Source: an uncultured Clostridia bacterium (lineage in GTDB: Bacteria > Bacillota > Clostridia > TANB77 > CAG-508). Taken from it: 64,000 bases of DNA. The notes beneath the pieces were generated by a model. It was not told where the DNA came from and did not search any database. It saw only the letters and a program-made list of their open reading frames with translations. The DNA lies in assembly GCA_947627295.1 (NCBI GenBank), contig CANQVJ010000004.1, forward strand, positions 2,469 to 66,468, given 5' to 3'. How positions within the stretch are numbered: the first letter of the stretch is position 1; the number at the start of each line of letters is the position of its first letter. The position numbers were made by a program, and so were the translations under genes. This document shows positions 9,010-18,639 of the stretch, in pieces.

Positions 9010-12000
9010 GTCTTTACTCCTTTCACAGGTATTTTGCTTCCATATTTTTTGTCAATGTAATTAAATGCTCTATCTAGTTCAGAGTCGGTCATTTTTTGAA
9101 CGTTGAAGGTTACATTTGGGGTTGTTAAAATTGTATTTGTTCTATCAAAAATTTTGTTTTTTAAACTTCCTTGTAAATTGTCAAAGTTTTGAATTGAAGG
9201 GAAGTTCAAGCTATTTGCAAATTCACTATTAATTTTGCTTCCATATTCGCCTACTTTTTTTATTGTTTTGGGAGCTTGTTTATTAAGACCTTTATCAGCT
9301 CCCAAAAAATAATCTATCAAAGCTCTTTTAGCAAGCACAGAAGGGCTACCGTCTCCCATTCCGCTTCTAAAACTTTGATTTCCTTGTTGTCCTGCATTAA
9401 ACAATTTTTTCAAAAAACTGCCTATTTTCGCAAGAATACCACCATTTGCACCGTCAAAATAATCGTCTGTTGCACTTTTTCCTTTTGAATAATTTATATA
9501 GTCAGAAAACTTACTATTACTATCAGATGCCTTTGTTGAAAATTTAGTAGATAAATTACTTTGATCTACTGCTTGCTCTGCTCCTGATACTGCTGAGCTG
9601 GTACTTGTTGATATTCCTTGAATATTTCCACCATAGCTTCCACTTGCATCACTTGCTAAACTTCCTGACTCTGATGCTAAGGTTTTGTTTCCTGCGACAG
9701 TATTAACTGCTTTTTGTACTTCATTAGCAGTTTCAGGTGGAATTTTACTTAAAGCCTCTTGATATTTATCGTACGAAGTATTGGCTAAATAGCTCCATTT
9801 ATCAACTTGTTCAGGTGTTAAATCACTTATAGTAGTAGTTGTTGTTGTTAAGTATCCTGATAAATTTGAAATAGACTCTGCTTGTTTTTGTTTGTCATAT
9901 TCTAATTTACTTTGTATCATACTCATTTGAGAGTCTAGGTTTGTTTTTAAATTTGTTGTGTCTGTTGTATAACCTTGTTCATTTCTATTAATTAACTCTT
10001 GTAAACTATCCGCTGTATTAGTTTGCATTAACTGATAATCATATTCATATTTTTGTATATCTTGACTATATGTATTTAATAAATCGCTCTGTTCTTTCAT
10101 AGCTTGACCTAGTTGTGCTACTTTTTGTTTTGCTCCTTGTGCTTCCCAAGCCTTCCAAAAATCATTTCCATTGTATGTAGATTTTTTTAATTCATCATTA
10201 TATTGTTGTTGCAATTCATTTAGTTTCTTTTGACCTTCTTTTCTACCTTCAAGAGCCTGTTTATAAGTTTCTTCTTCTGATTGTAAATAAATCTCAGCTT
10301 TTTTCTTTTGAATAGTTTTATCTATTTCTCCTCTAAGTTCCTTGTATTTATCTATTTGGTCACCATTTAATCCTATTTCAATTCCTAAGGCTTTTGACAG
10401 TTCACCAGTAATATATTCTGCTCTATTTTTATATCCGTCTTTAACTTTTCCATTTTCATCAGTTATTTTCTTCAGTTCGTTCCATAATTCTTCTGTTTTT
10501 CCTATTTCTATTAAATTAGAATCTACTTGCTTTTGTTGAGTTTCCATTAATCTTTCTCTGTCTTCAATTTGTCCTTGTATTGCTTCTCTTTCTTTTAAAA
10601 TAGTATTTGCTCCTGACATTACTTTTTGATCATACGCATAAACGGCTGCACCTGCTAATGCAAATGCAGTTGTTAGCATCCCTACTGGACTAGTTAATAA
10701 ATTTAAAGCATTTGCTAAATTGTTTACTGATGTAACACTTGATGTAGCATTGTTTTTAGCAACCCCTATTGCCTGAGCAAATATTCCTATTCCACTAGTT
10801 ACTGTTCCTATCCCTTTTCCTAAAGTTCCTATTATTTTTATTGCTGGTCCGATAGATGCAACAAACAATATCATATTGTTTACTTGTTTTTTCTCACTAT
10901 CACTTAATTTGTTGTATTTTAAAATTAAGTCTCCTGCACCTTTTAACATACTTTTAAATGCTGGAACTACTGTTTTTAATGCTTCAGCACCTACCTCAGA
11001 AAGTTGTACTTTTAGTTCTTTCATTGCAATTTGTGCTTCGTCTGCTTCGTCTATCACTTCATCATATGTACCTTCAAGTGTTCCTTCTGAACTTTTCACT
11101 ATATCTAAAAATTGTGAATATTCAAATCTTCCACCCTTGATTGCATCAGCTAAATCAGGACCTGCTTTTTGTCCAAATACCTCTATAGCTTTTGTAGTAG
11201 CACTTGCTATATCTGGACATCTCTTAATTTCTTCTAATGTTTTCTTAAATTCTTCTGTTGAATCTTTACCTTGTTTACCCCAAGTACCAATTGCTTTTTT
11301 CATACCACTAAATGCAATCTCAGTATTAACACCAGCTTTTTCCCAACCAGCAAATATTGCTATACACTCCTCTGTCTCTAGTCCTAAAGCTCTCATAGGT
11401 GCTCCATATTTTGTTAGCATTTCTGTTAAACTATCAATTGAGATTCCACTTGCTTGAGCTACTGAACTTAGTTGATCTAATATAGTTCCGTATTTATTAG
11501 CTTCAATTCCTGCATCTCCCATATATCTCGATACTTTTTGAACTGCTGTATTTACATCTACATCGTTTATTTTTGCAAATTTCAAAAACTTTTCAGAGGC
11601 TTCTTCTAATGCATTTCCTGTAAAACCAAACCTCGTATTGATTTCTCCAACTGCACTACCTATATCTTCAAAATCTCCAGCTACACTAGTACTTACCTTT
11701 TTATAAATTGATTCTAGCTCTTGAGCTGACTCTCCAGTTGCTCCAGTTTTTTTGATTACAGTATCAGCACCTTTATCTACTTCATCAAATGCTTTTACAA
11801 CTGCGGTTGTTGCACCTACTATAGGTAATGTTAATTTTGTTGTAAGATTTGTTCCTATATCTCCTACTTTTGTTGATATGTTTTTTACTTTATTCCCAAA
11901 TTCTTCAATACTTCTACCTGCTTGTGTCCAATTTGAAGCCTCTACTTGCATATTTTTTAATTTGTTTTCTGTATTTATGATTTCTCTTTGCAAATTTCTG

Positions 12001-12278
12001 TATTCTGCAGTATTTAAGTCTCCACCAGAATCAATATATCTTTGCTGTGCTTCTTTAACATTGTTTAAATACGCCTCTGTTTCTTTTATATTTTCATTTA
12101 AAACTTTTTGTTTTTGTGAGACCAATTCTGTGTTTTTGGGGTCTATCTTCAATAAAGAGTTAATACCTCTTAGCTCTTTATTCAAGCTAGCAGTAGAGGA
12201 TTTAACTTTTTTTAATGAGTTTTCAAGCGCTGATGTATCTCCACCAATTTCTACTATAATTCCTTTTATATTAGCCAT
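9003..12278 (-). CDS. Tail tape measure protein
   Basis: 1091 aa helical protein starting MANIKGIIVEIGGDT; central minor-tail repeat region. Confidence 0.93.
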   Translation of the reverse strand: MANIKGIIVEIGGDTSALENSLKKVKSSTASLNKELRGINSLLKIDPKNTELVSQKQKVLNENIKETEAYLNNVKEAQQRYIDSGGDLNTAEYRNLQREIINTENKLKNMQVEASNWTQAGRSIEEFGNKVKNISTKVGDIGTNLTTKLTLPIVGATTAVVKAFDEVDKGADTVIKKTGATGESAQELESIYKKVSTSVAGDFEDIGSAVGEINTRFGFTGNALEEASEKFLKFAKINDVDVNTAVQKVSRYMGDAGIEANKYGTILDQLSSVAQASGISIDSLTEMLTKYGAPMRALGLETEECIAIFAGWEKAGVNTEIAFSGMKKAIGTWGKQGKDSTEEFKKTLEEIKRCPDIASATTKAIEVFGQKAGPDLADAIKGGRFEYSQFLDIVKSSEGTLEGTYDEVIDEADEAQIAMKELKVQLSEVGAEALKTVVPAFKSMLKGAGDLILKYNKLSDSEKKQVNNMILFVASIGPAIKIIGTLGKGIGTVTSGIGIFAQAIGVAKNNATSSVTSVNNLANALNLLTSPVGMLTTAFALAGAAVYAYDQKVMSGANTILKEREAIQGQIEDRERLMETQQKQVDSNLIEIGKTEELWNELKKITDENGKVKDGYKNRAEYITGELSKALGIEIGLNGDQIDKYKELRGEIDKTIQKKKAEIYLQSEEETYKQALEGRKEGQKKLNELQQQYNDELKKSTYNGNDFWKAWEAQGAKQKVAQLGQAMKEQSDLLNTYSQDIQKYEYDYQLMQTNTADSLQELINRNEQGYTTDTTNLKTNLDSQMSMIQSKLEYDKQKQAESISNLSGYLTTTTTTISDLTPEQVDKWSYLANTSYDKYQEALSKIPPETANEVQKAVNTVAGNKTLASESGSLASDASGSYGGNIQGISTSTSSAVSGAEQAVDQSNLSTKFSTKASDSNSKFSDYINYSKGKSATDDYFDGANGGILAKIGSFLKKLFNAGQQGNQSFRSGMGDGSPSVLAKRALIDYFLGADKGLNKQAPKTIKKVGEYGSKINSEFANSLNFPSIQNFDNLQGSLKNKIFDRTNTILTTPNVTFNVQKMTDSELDRAFNYIDKKYGSKIPVKGVKTW

Positions 12279-12323
12279 TTTTTCATCCTCTCCTTTATAA
12301 AAAACGGGGTAGGGGGAAGGGTC

Positions 12324-12951
12324 CTACCCCATTAAACTATCCCAATCAGATTGGGTTGCTTTTCTTACTTTTCCTTCTTCCTTTTTATCAATAAAAGAAT
12401 ATAGAATTTTTTGAGCATCAATATAAGTGATTTGTTTCAAATTTTCAATTGTTAAACCTACCCTTAAGCAAGATGCCAAAAACTCTTGCTCTGGATATTC
12501 TTGTTTTGGGGTAGGTTTATTTCCAATCGCTTTTTTAACTCTTTTATATAGCTCATTATCAACAAAAGCAATTAACGGCTAGTTCCGTTACCTCCACAAT
12601 CCAATCATCATTTGTTGATAATTTTGGGATTGATTTTAACCAATCCTCATATTCTAATATTTTGTTATTAGCTGAATAGATTTCTATATAAGCTACTCTA
12701 GTAACTGCATCAACAAAATCTCCTATATCTCCAATCATTAGTGAAGACATAGATTTTATTATATCTTCATCACTAATCTCAGGATTTTTTTCTTTTAACT
12801 CTTTAATTATTTGAGCTTGAAGTATTAAAAAAGAATTTAGAATATTGATGTCATCAAAAATACTTTTTTTAAATAACTCTTTATGTTTCACATATGTAAA
12901 CGCATTGCACTCAATCGGATATTCTTTTCCACATATAGAAATCTTTTTCAT
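12324..12951 (-). CDS. Tail assembly chaperone (130 aa, 12559-12951) with probable frameshift extension to 12324 (gpG/gpGT pair)
   Basis: Between MTP and TMP; TGC TTT TGT TGA followed by a 79-codon +1 frame lacking its own RBS, ending RKATQSDWDSLMG. Confidence 0.75.
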
Positions 12952-12961
12952 AGTCTACCTC

Positions 12962-13546
12962 CTACACATCTCCAGCTTGATCTTTTTCATAAACCTTTTC
13001 AAAAAATTTATTATAAATTTCTTGATTTGTTTCGTTTGGCTCTAAATATGCACCAATTGCCCCGTCTGTTGAGCGTGGTGCGCAAGTTACAGTTATAGTA
13101 TCTTCTCCAGGTTCAATACTTTCTTCTATTGTACTGTGTTCTCTTGAAGGTCTTGTTGCAGTACAATCATGATATACATATCTCCTAGATTTTACATCTC
13201 CGTCACTTTCAAACATAAAAGCAAATCTTGATTGTTTGTCATTTATATTTTCAAATATTGCACCATTTTTGTCTTTAATCCTTCCAAGAATTTCTGTTAA
13301 AAATTGCTCTGGTGTCATAGCAATTACTAAATCGCCTTGATAACCTTGATTAACATCTTGTCTAAAATAGATTATTCCGTCAGCATACCATACTGCACTT
13401 TCTCCTTGTGGTTCTGGGGACCAACCTCTTGCTCCAGGCACTTTAAAAGGAGTGTCATAAGTTAGTTTTCCACCTTCTTCTCCTGTTACTTTTGCAATAT
13501 GCACATTTTTAATATTAAATAATACTTTGTTTGCTGTTTCTGCCAT
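12962..13546 (-). CDS. Major tail protein (phi13-like family)
   Basis: NKVLFNIKNVHIA, WYADGIIY, NQGYQGDL, CTATRPS motifs. Confidence 0.9.
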   Translation of the reverse strand: MAETANKVLFNIKNVHIAKVTGEEGGKLTYDTPFKVPGARGWSPEPQGESAVWYADGIIYFRQDVNQGYQGDLVIAMTPEQFLTEILGRIKDKNGAIFENINDKQSRFAFMFESDGDVKSRRYVYHDCTATRPSREHSTIEESIEPGEDTITVTCAPRSTDGAIGAYLEPNETNQEIYNKFFEKVYEKDQAGDV

Positions 13547-13559
13547 TTTTTATTCCTCC

Positions 13560-13898
13560 TTAATTTAAAATTTGAAAATAATAGCTTGCATTCCAAATTC
13601 TTTCTTCTGAAATGTAAGCCACTTCTTTTTCCCATACAATCCCGTATAAAATTTCTTTTTCAATTCTTTTTTCTAAAACTCTATCTCTAGTATCTGTTGT
13701 CAATTCTAATCTTCCGTTATATTTTTCAAAATAAATTTCTCCGTCTGCTATAAAATTGTCACTATTATTTTCTGTAGACATTAAATGAGGAGGGGAAACA
13801 TCTCTATCAAAATCATAATGAGAATAAGGAATTTTAATTTTATTTTCTTCATCTAAATAAAACTTATCTGTTCGTTTTTCTAATTCTTCCCATGTCAT
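13560..13898 (-). CDS. Tail completion/terminator protein
   Basis: Position and PPHL...NFIADGEIY motif. Confidence 0.65.
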   Translation of the reverse strand: MTWEELEKRTDKFYLDEENKIKIPYSHYDFDRDVSPPHLMSTENNSDNFIADGEIYFEKYNGRLELTTDTRDRVLEKRIEKEILYGIVWEKEVAYISEERIWNASYYFQILN

Positions 13899-13900
13899 TT

Positions 13901-14332
13901 TTAATTCCCCCTCTTTATTCTTTTTTCTAGCTCTTGGGCAAATTTCTCTCTATATTTATCTTCTGTATTTCTTATATGAGGTATTTTTTTAGTTCTTCCG
14001 CCACTTCTTGTAGCATGTCCAAATTCAAGTAAATGTGTTAATCTGTAATGTTCTTTGTTATAAACAATTTTAGAGTATATATCTTTTGCTTTTTGTCCGT
14101 TTTTAATACGCCATGATTTTGCATAAGAACCAGGAGCAACAGTATCCCCACCTCTTAATTTAACCGTTCGATTTGCCTTAGGAGATTTTGTTTTAACTTC
14201 TGTTCTTGCCTCTTTTATACTTTGATTTGAAACTTCAACAACATCTTCTTCAATATCTTCCTTGTATTCTGTTAAAGCTTTTATTATTTCCTTTTGCAAG
14301 TCATCTATTTTGACTTTGTTACTATTTGACAT
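13901..14332 (-). CDS. HK97 gp10-like neck protein
   Basis: GSYAKSW...YRLTHLLEFGHATRSGGR...PHI motif. Confidence 0.85.
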   Translation of the reverse strand: MSNSNKVKIDDLQKEIIKALTEYKEDIEEDVVEVSNQSIKEARTEVKTKSPKANRTVKLRGGDTVAPGSYAKSWRIKNGQKAKDIYSKIVYNKEHYRLTHLLEFGHATRSGGRTKKIPHIRNTEDKYREKFAQELEKRIKRGN

Positions 14333-14663
14333 TATTACTTCTCCTTTGACAAACTAAAATAACTTCATCTTCGTTGTCACTATCTGGCCTTATAATTTCA
14401 TATTCTTTATTCATATAAATTAATCGTTCTTCGTCGTTATAATTTAATGTGCTTATTTTAATTCTGATAGAAGGTCTTAATCCTTGTGCATTTCCTTTGT
14501 AATATTCATTTTTCCAAACTCTTTCAACCGAAATGATAGGAACTTGTCTTTTTATTGTTTCAAATTTTTCTCTACCGTTTTTATCCCTTAAAATGTTTCC
14601 ATTTTCATCTGTTGTAAATTTTTCAGAAAGTAAAATACAAGTTACATCGTGCATTTTATACAC
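14322..14663 (-). CDS. Head closure (head-tail adaptor) protein
   Basis: EYYKGNAQGLRPS...YNDE motif and gene order. Confidence 0.7.
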   Translation of the reverse strand: MYKMHDVTCILLSEKFTTDENGNILRDKNGREKFETIKRQVPIISVERVWKNEYYKGNAQGLRPSIRIKISTLNYNDEERLIYMNKEYEIIRPDSDNEDEVILVCQRRSNNVK

Positions 14664-15000
14664 CTTCCTTTTTTAGGTATTCTTGTGAGCGTTGCATAGA
14701 CCTTAGATTTGAAATATATCTTTTCATATATTCATTTCTTTTATTAATATCAGTATCTCCATATTGTCCTTTTACATAAAGCATTACAGTGGTTTTCAAT
14801 AAATCGTCATTGAGATGACCTATTACATCAATGTCCACTCTTGCTAAATCCTCTAAAGCTGAGCCTATAAGTGTACTTAATGTTTTGTCTACTGCAGTTG
14901 CATCTTTAACTATACCTAAAGCCTCTTTTGCCAAATCTAAATAATCAGTTGTTTTTATAACTTCTGTTATTTTTAAATTTTTAATTTGTTCATAGGTCAT
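14656..15000 (-). CDS. Head-tail connector (gp6-like)
   Basis: Size, position after capsid, VMLYVKGQYG motif. Confidence 0.7.
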   Translation of the reverse strand: MTYEQIKNLKITEVIKTTDYLDLAKEALGIVKDATAVDKTLSTLIGSALEDLARVDIDVIGHLNDDLLKTTVMLYVKGQYGDTDINKRNEYMKRYISNLRSMQRSQEYLKKEGV

Positions 15001-15016
15001 CTTTTTTCAACTCCTT

Positions 15017-15421
15017 TTAAACCTGATCTGTTTTTAACTCAAGTCCACTTAAATTAAGTGTTCTTGTTTCTTTACCTTCTTGTGTAATTTCTAAAGTATT
15101 GTCTTTATCGTGGATTTGGAACACTGTTAAGCCGTCCTTTTCATCGACTGCAACTGGTTTCTTTAGTTTTGCTCCTGTACCTTTTAGTTCTACTTTTATT
15201 GTTCCTTTGGCTTGACCTTTGGCTTCTTCAAAGTATAGTGGTAAGAAGTTTCCTGAATTATCAGTTTTACTAAATTCTGTCCAATTTTCAACATACTTCA
15301 ATGTGCCTGTAACATTGTCACCTTCGATGTTTACATTCTCACATAAATCTTGAACAGTTTTCTCACCTAAGTTTAGCGATGTTTTTCCACTTGGAATTGC
15401 CACTTTTGAGGTGGCTGGTTT
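15017..15421 (-). CDS. Probable +1 frameshift C-terminal extension of the major capsid protein (134 aa, beta-rich)
   Basis: Capsid ends CCC TAA; the +1 frame is open to 15017 and has no RBS or ATG of its own. Confidence 0.7.
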   Translation of the reverse strand, partial: KPATSKVAIPSGKTSLNLGEKTVQDLCENVNIEGDNVTGTLKYVENWTEFSKTDNSGNFLPLYFEEAKGQAKGTIKVELKGTGAKLKKPVAVDEKDGLTVFQIHDKDNTLEITQEGKETRTLNLSGLELKTDQV

Positions 15422-16592
15422 AGGGCTTTTCAACTGTTATATATCCATTAACAAATGCCTTAGCATCTCTTAACTGAATGTCTTCTCTTTCGATTCCTCT
15501 AATTAATGTTAAATCTTCTTCAAATGCATTTAATCCTTCAACAGAAGCTGTTTTTGATGCTAATAATTCAATTCCTTTTCTTTCAAATCCTTTAATTCCT
15601 TCTTTTAAATCTCCAATTATAAATGGTACTTTGTTTTCTTTTGATTTAAGTGTTTCATTAGAGAAGGCTTTAACAGGAACAACATTTGCACCAACTCTTA
15701 ATTGAAATTTTGCTGAATCTGTTGGATCAGGATTTAATAAATATCTTCCATTTTGGTCTTTTAAGGTATCTAAATAGTTTACTCCGTCGTCATTTGTAAC
15801 AATTACAGAAGTTGCTTTAAATAAACTTCCTAGAGTTATATTTAAAGCATTTTTTATTCCGTCTAAATCTTTTAAGTCAGTTTCTGAATTTTTAGCAACC
15901 GTTGCTAAAACAAGTTTATTCCAAGTAACTCTATCTTCATCTGCCAACCATTCTGTAACAAAATTTTCTATGTTCTCATCTGAATCTTCAATCAACTCAT
16001 CTGTTATTGGAACATATCCACCATACTTAGTAACTTTCCAAGACAACCTTGAAAATTCAGGCTTTCCTGCTTTAGGAATTTTTCCACCCTCTTCAACAGA
16101 GCTGAATCCAGTAACTTCGCCTCTTTTTTTGTATGTTTCTTGACCACTAAAAGTTTTTACTGGTTTTACAGTTATCAAATCTCTTAATGACTCTTTTGCC
16201 TCTCTTAGTTTTTGAACTTTTGTTTCTATTTCTTCAGGAACTGTATAACCGCCACTTGCTCCAGCGCCTTCATTTAAATCAACAGCCTTTATCATATTTC
16301 TTACTGCTTTTGCAAATTTTGATGTTATACTTACTTTCTTTTCTTCAGCTTCTTCCTTTTTATCTTCTATCTTCTTTGTAATTTCTTTTGTATCTTCTTC
16401 ACTAAGTTTATTTAATTCTTTCTCTTCCTCAAATAGCCTTTTTTCAATTTCATATTCTTCTTTTAGTGTTTTAATTTCGTCAAGGATTTCTTGTGCTTTT
16501 TTATAATCCTTGTTTTCTCCTTCTGTATAACCTTTTGCTAATTTTTGTTTAGCTTCAATTTTTGCTAAAATTTCTCTCATTTTCTTATTCAT
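15420..16592 (-). CDS. Major capsid protein, HK97 fold
   Basis: N-terminal coiled-coil delta domain, GGYTVPEE, ITDELIEDS, LKDQNGRYLL, IIGDLK motifs. Confidence 0.95.
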   Translation of the reverse strand: MNKKMREILAKIEAKQKLAKGYTEGENKDYKKAQEILDEIKTLKEEYEIEKRLFEEEKELNKLSEEDTKEITKKIEDKKEEAEEKKVSITSKFAKAVRNMIKAVDLNEGAGASGGYTVPEEIETKVQKLREAKESLRDLITVKPVKTFSGQETYKKRGEVTGFSSVEEGGKIPKAGKPEFSRLSWKVTKYGGYVPITDELIEDSDENIENFVTEWLADEDRVTWNKLVLATVAKNSETDLKDLDGIKNALNITLGSLFKATSVIVTNDDGVNYLDTLKDQNGRYLLNPDPTDSAKFQLRVGANVVPVKAFSNETLKSKENKVPFIIGDLKEGIKGFERKGIELLASKTASVEGLNAFEEDLTLIRGIEREDIQLRDAKAFVNGYITVEKP

Positions 16593-16595
16593 TTT

Positions 16596-17375
16596 TTAAT
16601 CCTCACTTTCTAATTTTTCTTTTTCTAAAAAAATAAAAGAAGATACATTTTCAAGTTTTAATTTCAAACTTTTATTGTTTTCTTCTTTTTCTTTTTTTAT
16701 CTTTTTTTCGCCACAATAATTTTTTGTAGTACCTGCTCGTGGCTGTGAAGGTACTGCAACAAAAGAAACCTCATAGGCTTCTTTAGCGCCATCTAGTGTA
16801 AAGTAGCAAGTTTTTTTACCTTCGTCAGTGTCGTATTCCCTTCCAGGCCAATGTGAACACCATTCTTTCATATTGTCAACTTCACAAATAGAACATATTG
16901 CTCGTTTAGGCATACAACTCGTAGAAACTTCTTTTTTTATACCAGCTTTAATTTCTTGTATTAAATCTGCATTGTTACTGGTTTTAATCATATAGCATTT
17001 AGCAATCAATTTAGTGAACTTTTCGCCTGCACTAGTTGTCTTGTTTTCTTCTTGAAGTTCTGTATCATAAACTCTTGCTATTTGATTATCAGCTTTCCTG
17101 CTGTGGTCTTTAATTACTGTTTTTCCTATATACAATCGTTTTAAATCTTTTAAAGCTTTCAAATTAAATGGCTCATAATTTCTGTCATCTAGTTCGTTGT
17201 CGCCCATAACAAGTTTAAAAGTAAATACATCGTCTTTTTCTAAAGGGGATATAGTTAGTTTGTTAATCTTTTTTAATTCTTGGTCTGTAACTTCTTGTGC
17301 TTCTAAATCTGCTGATTTACAGATGATCCCTTTAATGTTTCCTCGAGTATTTTCTTCATTGTTTCTTTCATCCAT
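16596..17375 (-). CDS. Prohead protease-like protein
   Basis: Between portal and capsid; GKTVIKDH, IKKEVSTSC, AYEVSFVAVPSQ; CxxC..C-H zinc-like insert; own GGAGG RBS. Confidence 0.75.
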   Translation of the reverse strand: MDERNNEENTRGNIKGIICKSADLEAQEVTDQELKKINKLTISPLEKDDVFTFKLVMGDNELDDRNYEPFNLKALKDLKRLYIGKTVIKDHSRKADNQIARVYDTELQEENKTTSAGEKFTKLIAKCYMIKTSNNADLIQEIKAGIKKEVSTSCMPKRAICSICEVDNMKEWCSHWPGREYDTDEGKKTCYFTLDGAKEAYEVSFVAVPSQPRAGTTKNYCGEKKIKKEKEENNKSLKLKLENVSSFIFLEKEKLESED

Positions 17376-18628
17376 TTTTTATCTTCCTCCTTTCCACCAG
17401 AATTTGTATATTGAACTCCTGCAAGATTTACAGGAATAGCATTACCATTACCAAGCAATTGATCTCCTCCAGGAACTGAAGGTTTATCTATCATCTCTCT
17501 AGCTTCATTTGGCGTATATAAAAAACTGGAAATTGCCTGACATAAAGTTTCAACTTGTTCCTTAGAATTTGCACGCAAAATAGCAGATATATTAAATTTA
17601 AAACAATATCCACTTTGTAATTCTTCTGAACTTAATAATTTATAATTCAATTCTTCTTCATACTGTTTTATAATATATAAAAGCGTGTCTATGTAGAAAC
17701 CTAATTGCTGTGCTTCTGAACTTGCATAGCTTGATTTCTCATAATCACCAATTTGATTTGGCTTAATACCAAAAGCTGAAGCAATCTGTATTGCACTATA
17801 TTTTTTAACATCTATAAATTGGTTGTCTGCTAATTTAATATTTAAAGGTTTAAGTTCGGTTCCTACAGGAATTGCAATAATATTTCTAATTTCCTCGTCG
17901 TCTAAATCACTACCTGCAAATTTTTCTATATTTTTTCTAAAAACTTCTAAGTTTTTGTCAGATAAATCACTTGTATATTGAACTACTGCCTTTGCAGTAA
18001 ATCCACTCTTATACATACTGTTTAACATTTTTTGTGATTTTATATTACCTTCTATAGTCGACTGCAGTTGTTCTCTAACAGAAATACCTTTAATCCCGTC
18101 AAAAGTATGTGATGATTTAAAGTGTAATATTTGTTCAGAACTAAATTGAAATGTTTTTCCGCCGTGATAATATAAATAATAAATATCCTCTACTTCACCT
18201 AAAATCTTTTGGTCATCATACCATATTTCTACTTCATTTGAGGGAAGTATCCACAATTTTGTATTACTACCAGCCCCTGTAATTAACGCATAAGCATTTC
18301 CATAATGATTTCTGTTTTGTTCTATAGTAGACCAAAAGGAAGTAGAAGTCATATATGGATTTGGTCTATTATGCAAAATTGGAAATAAATAATGTTCTCT
18401 AGCTGTTAATACTCCATGATTTTTTTCATGTTTCATAAGTTTTAATGGTAATTTTCCAACAGATTCACTTAGGAGTTTTAAACATGTAAAATATGTAGCT
18501 TCAGACAAATCTTTTTCTTTTGTACCTTTTAATCCTAAAAAATCTATAAGTTGATCCCACTCTTGATATTTTGTAGATTTATTTATAAGAATATTAAAAG
18601 CAACCTTAATTCTATCTCTTAATTTCAT
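17303..18628 (-). CDS. Portal protein, HK97 family
   Basis: RPNPYMTS, YGNAYA, ILHFK, IASAFGIKP, TPNEARE motifs; ATG 18628 with GGAGG RBS. Confidence 0.95.
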   Translation of the reverse strand: MKLRDRIKVAFNILINKSTKYQEWDQLIDFLGLKGTKEKDLSEATYFTCLKLLSESVGKLPLKLMKHEKNHGVLTAREHYLFPILHNRPNPYMTSTSFWSTIEQNRNHYGNAYALITGAGSNTKLWILPSNEVEIWYDDQKILGEVEDIYYLYYHGGKTFQFSSEQILHFKSSHTFDGIKGISVREQLQSTIEGNIKSQKMLNSMYKSGFTAKAVVQYTSDLSDKNLEVFRKNIEKFAGSDLDDEEIRNIIAIPVGTELKPLNIKLADNQFIDVKKYSAIQIASAFGIKPNQIGDYEKSSYASSEAQQLGFYIDTLLYIIKQYEEELNYKLLSSEELQSGYCFKFNISAILRANSKEQVETLCQAISSFLYTPNEAREMIDKPSVPGGDQLLGNGNAIPVNLAGVQYTNSGGKEEDKKWMKETMKKILEETLKGSSVNQQI

Positions 18629-18639
18629 CTGTTCACCTC

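Noticed and set aside
9276-12300. Long plus-strand ORFs opposite TMP, and similar ones opposite the giant gene and ackA
   Set aside because: Antisense shadows produced by codon bias; Ser/Phe-rich with no RBS
17303-17375. 73-nt portal/protease overlap as another frameshift
   Set aside because: The protease has its own GGAGG RBS and ATG; there is no CGG or slippery site
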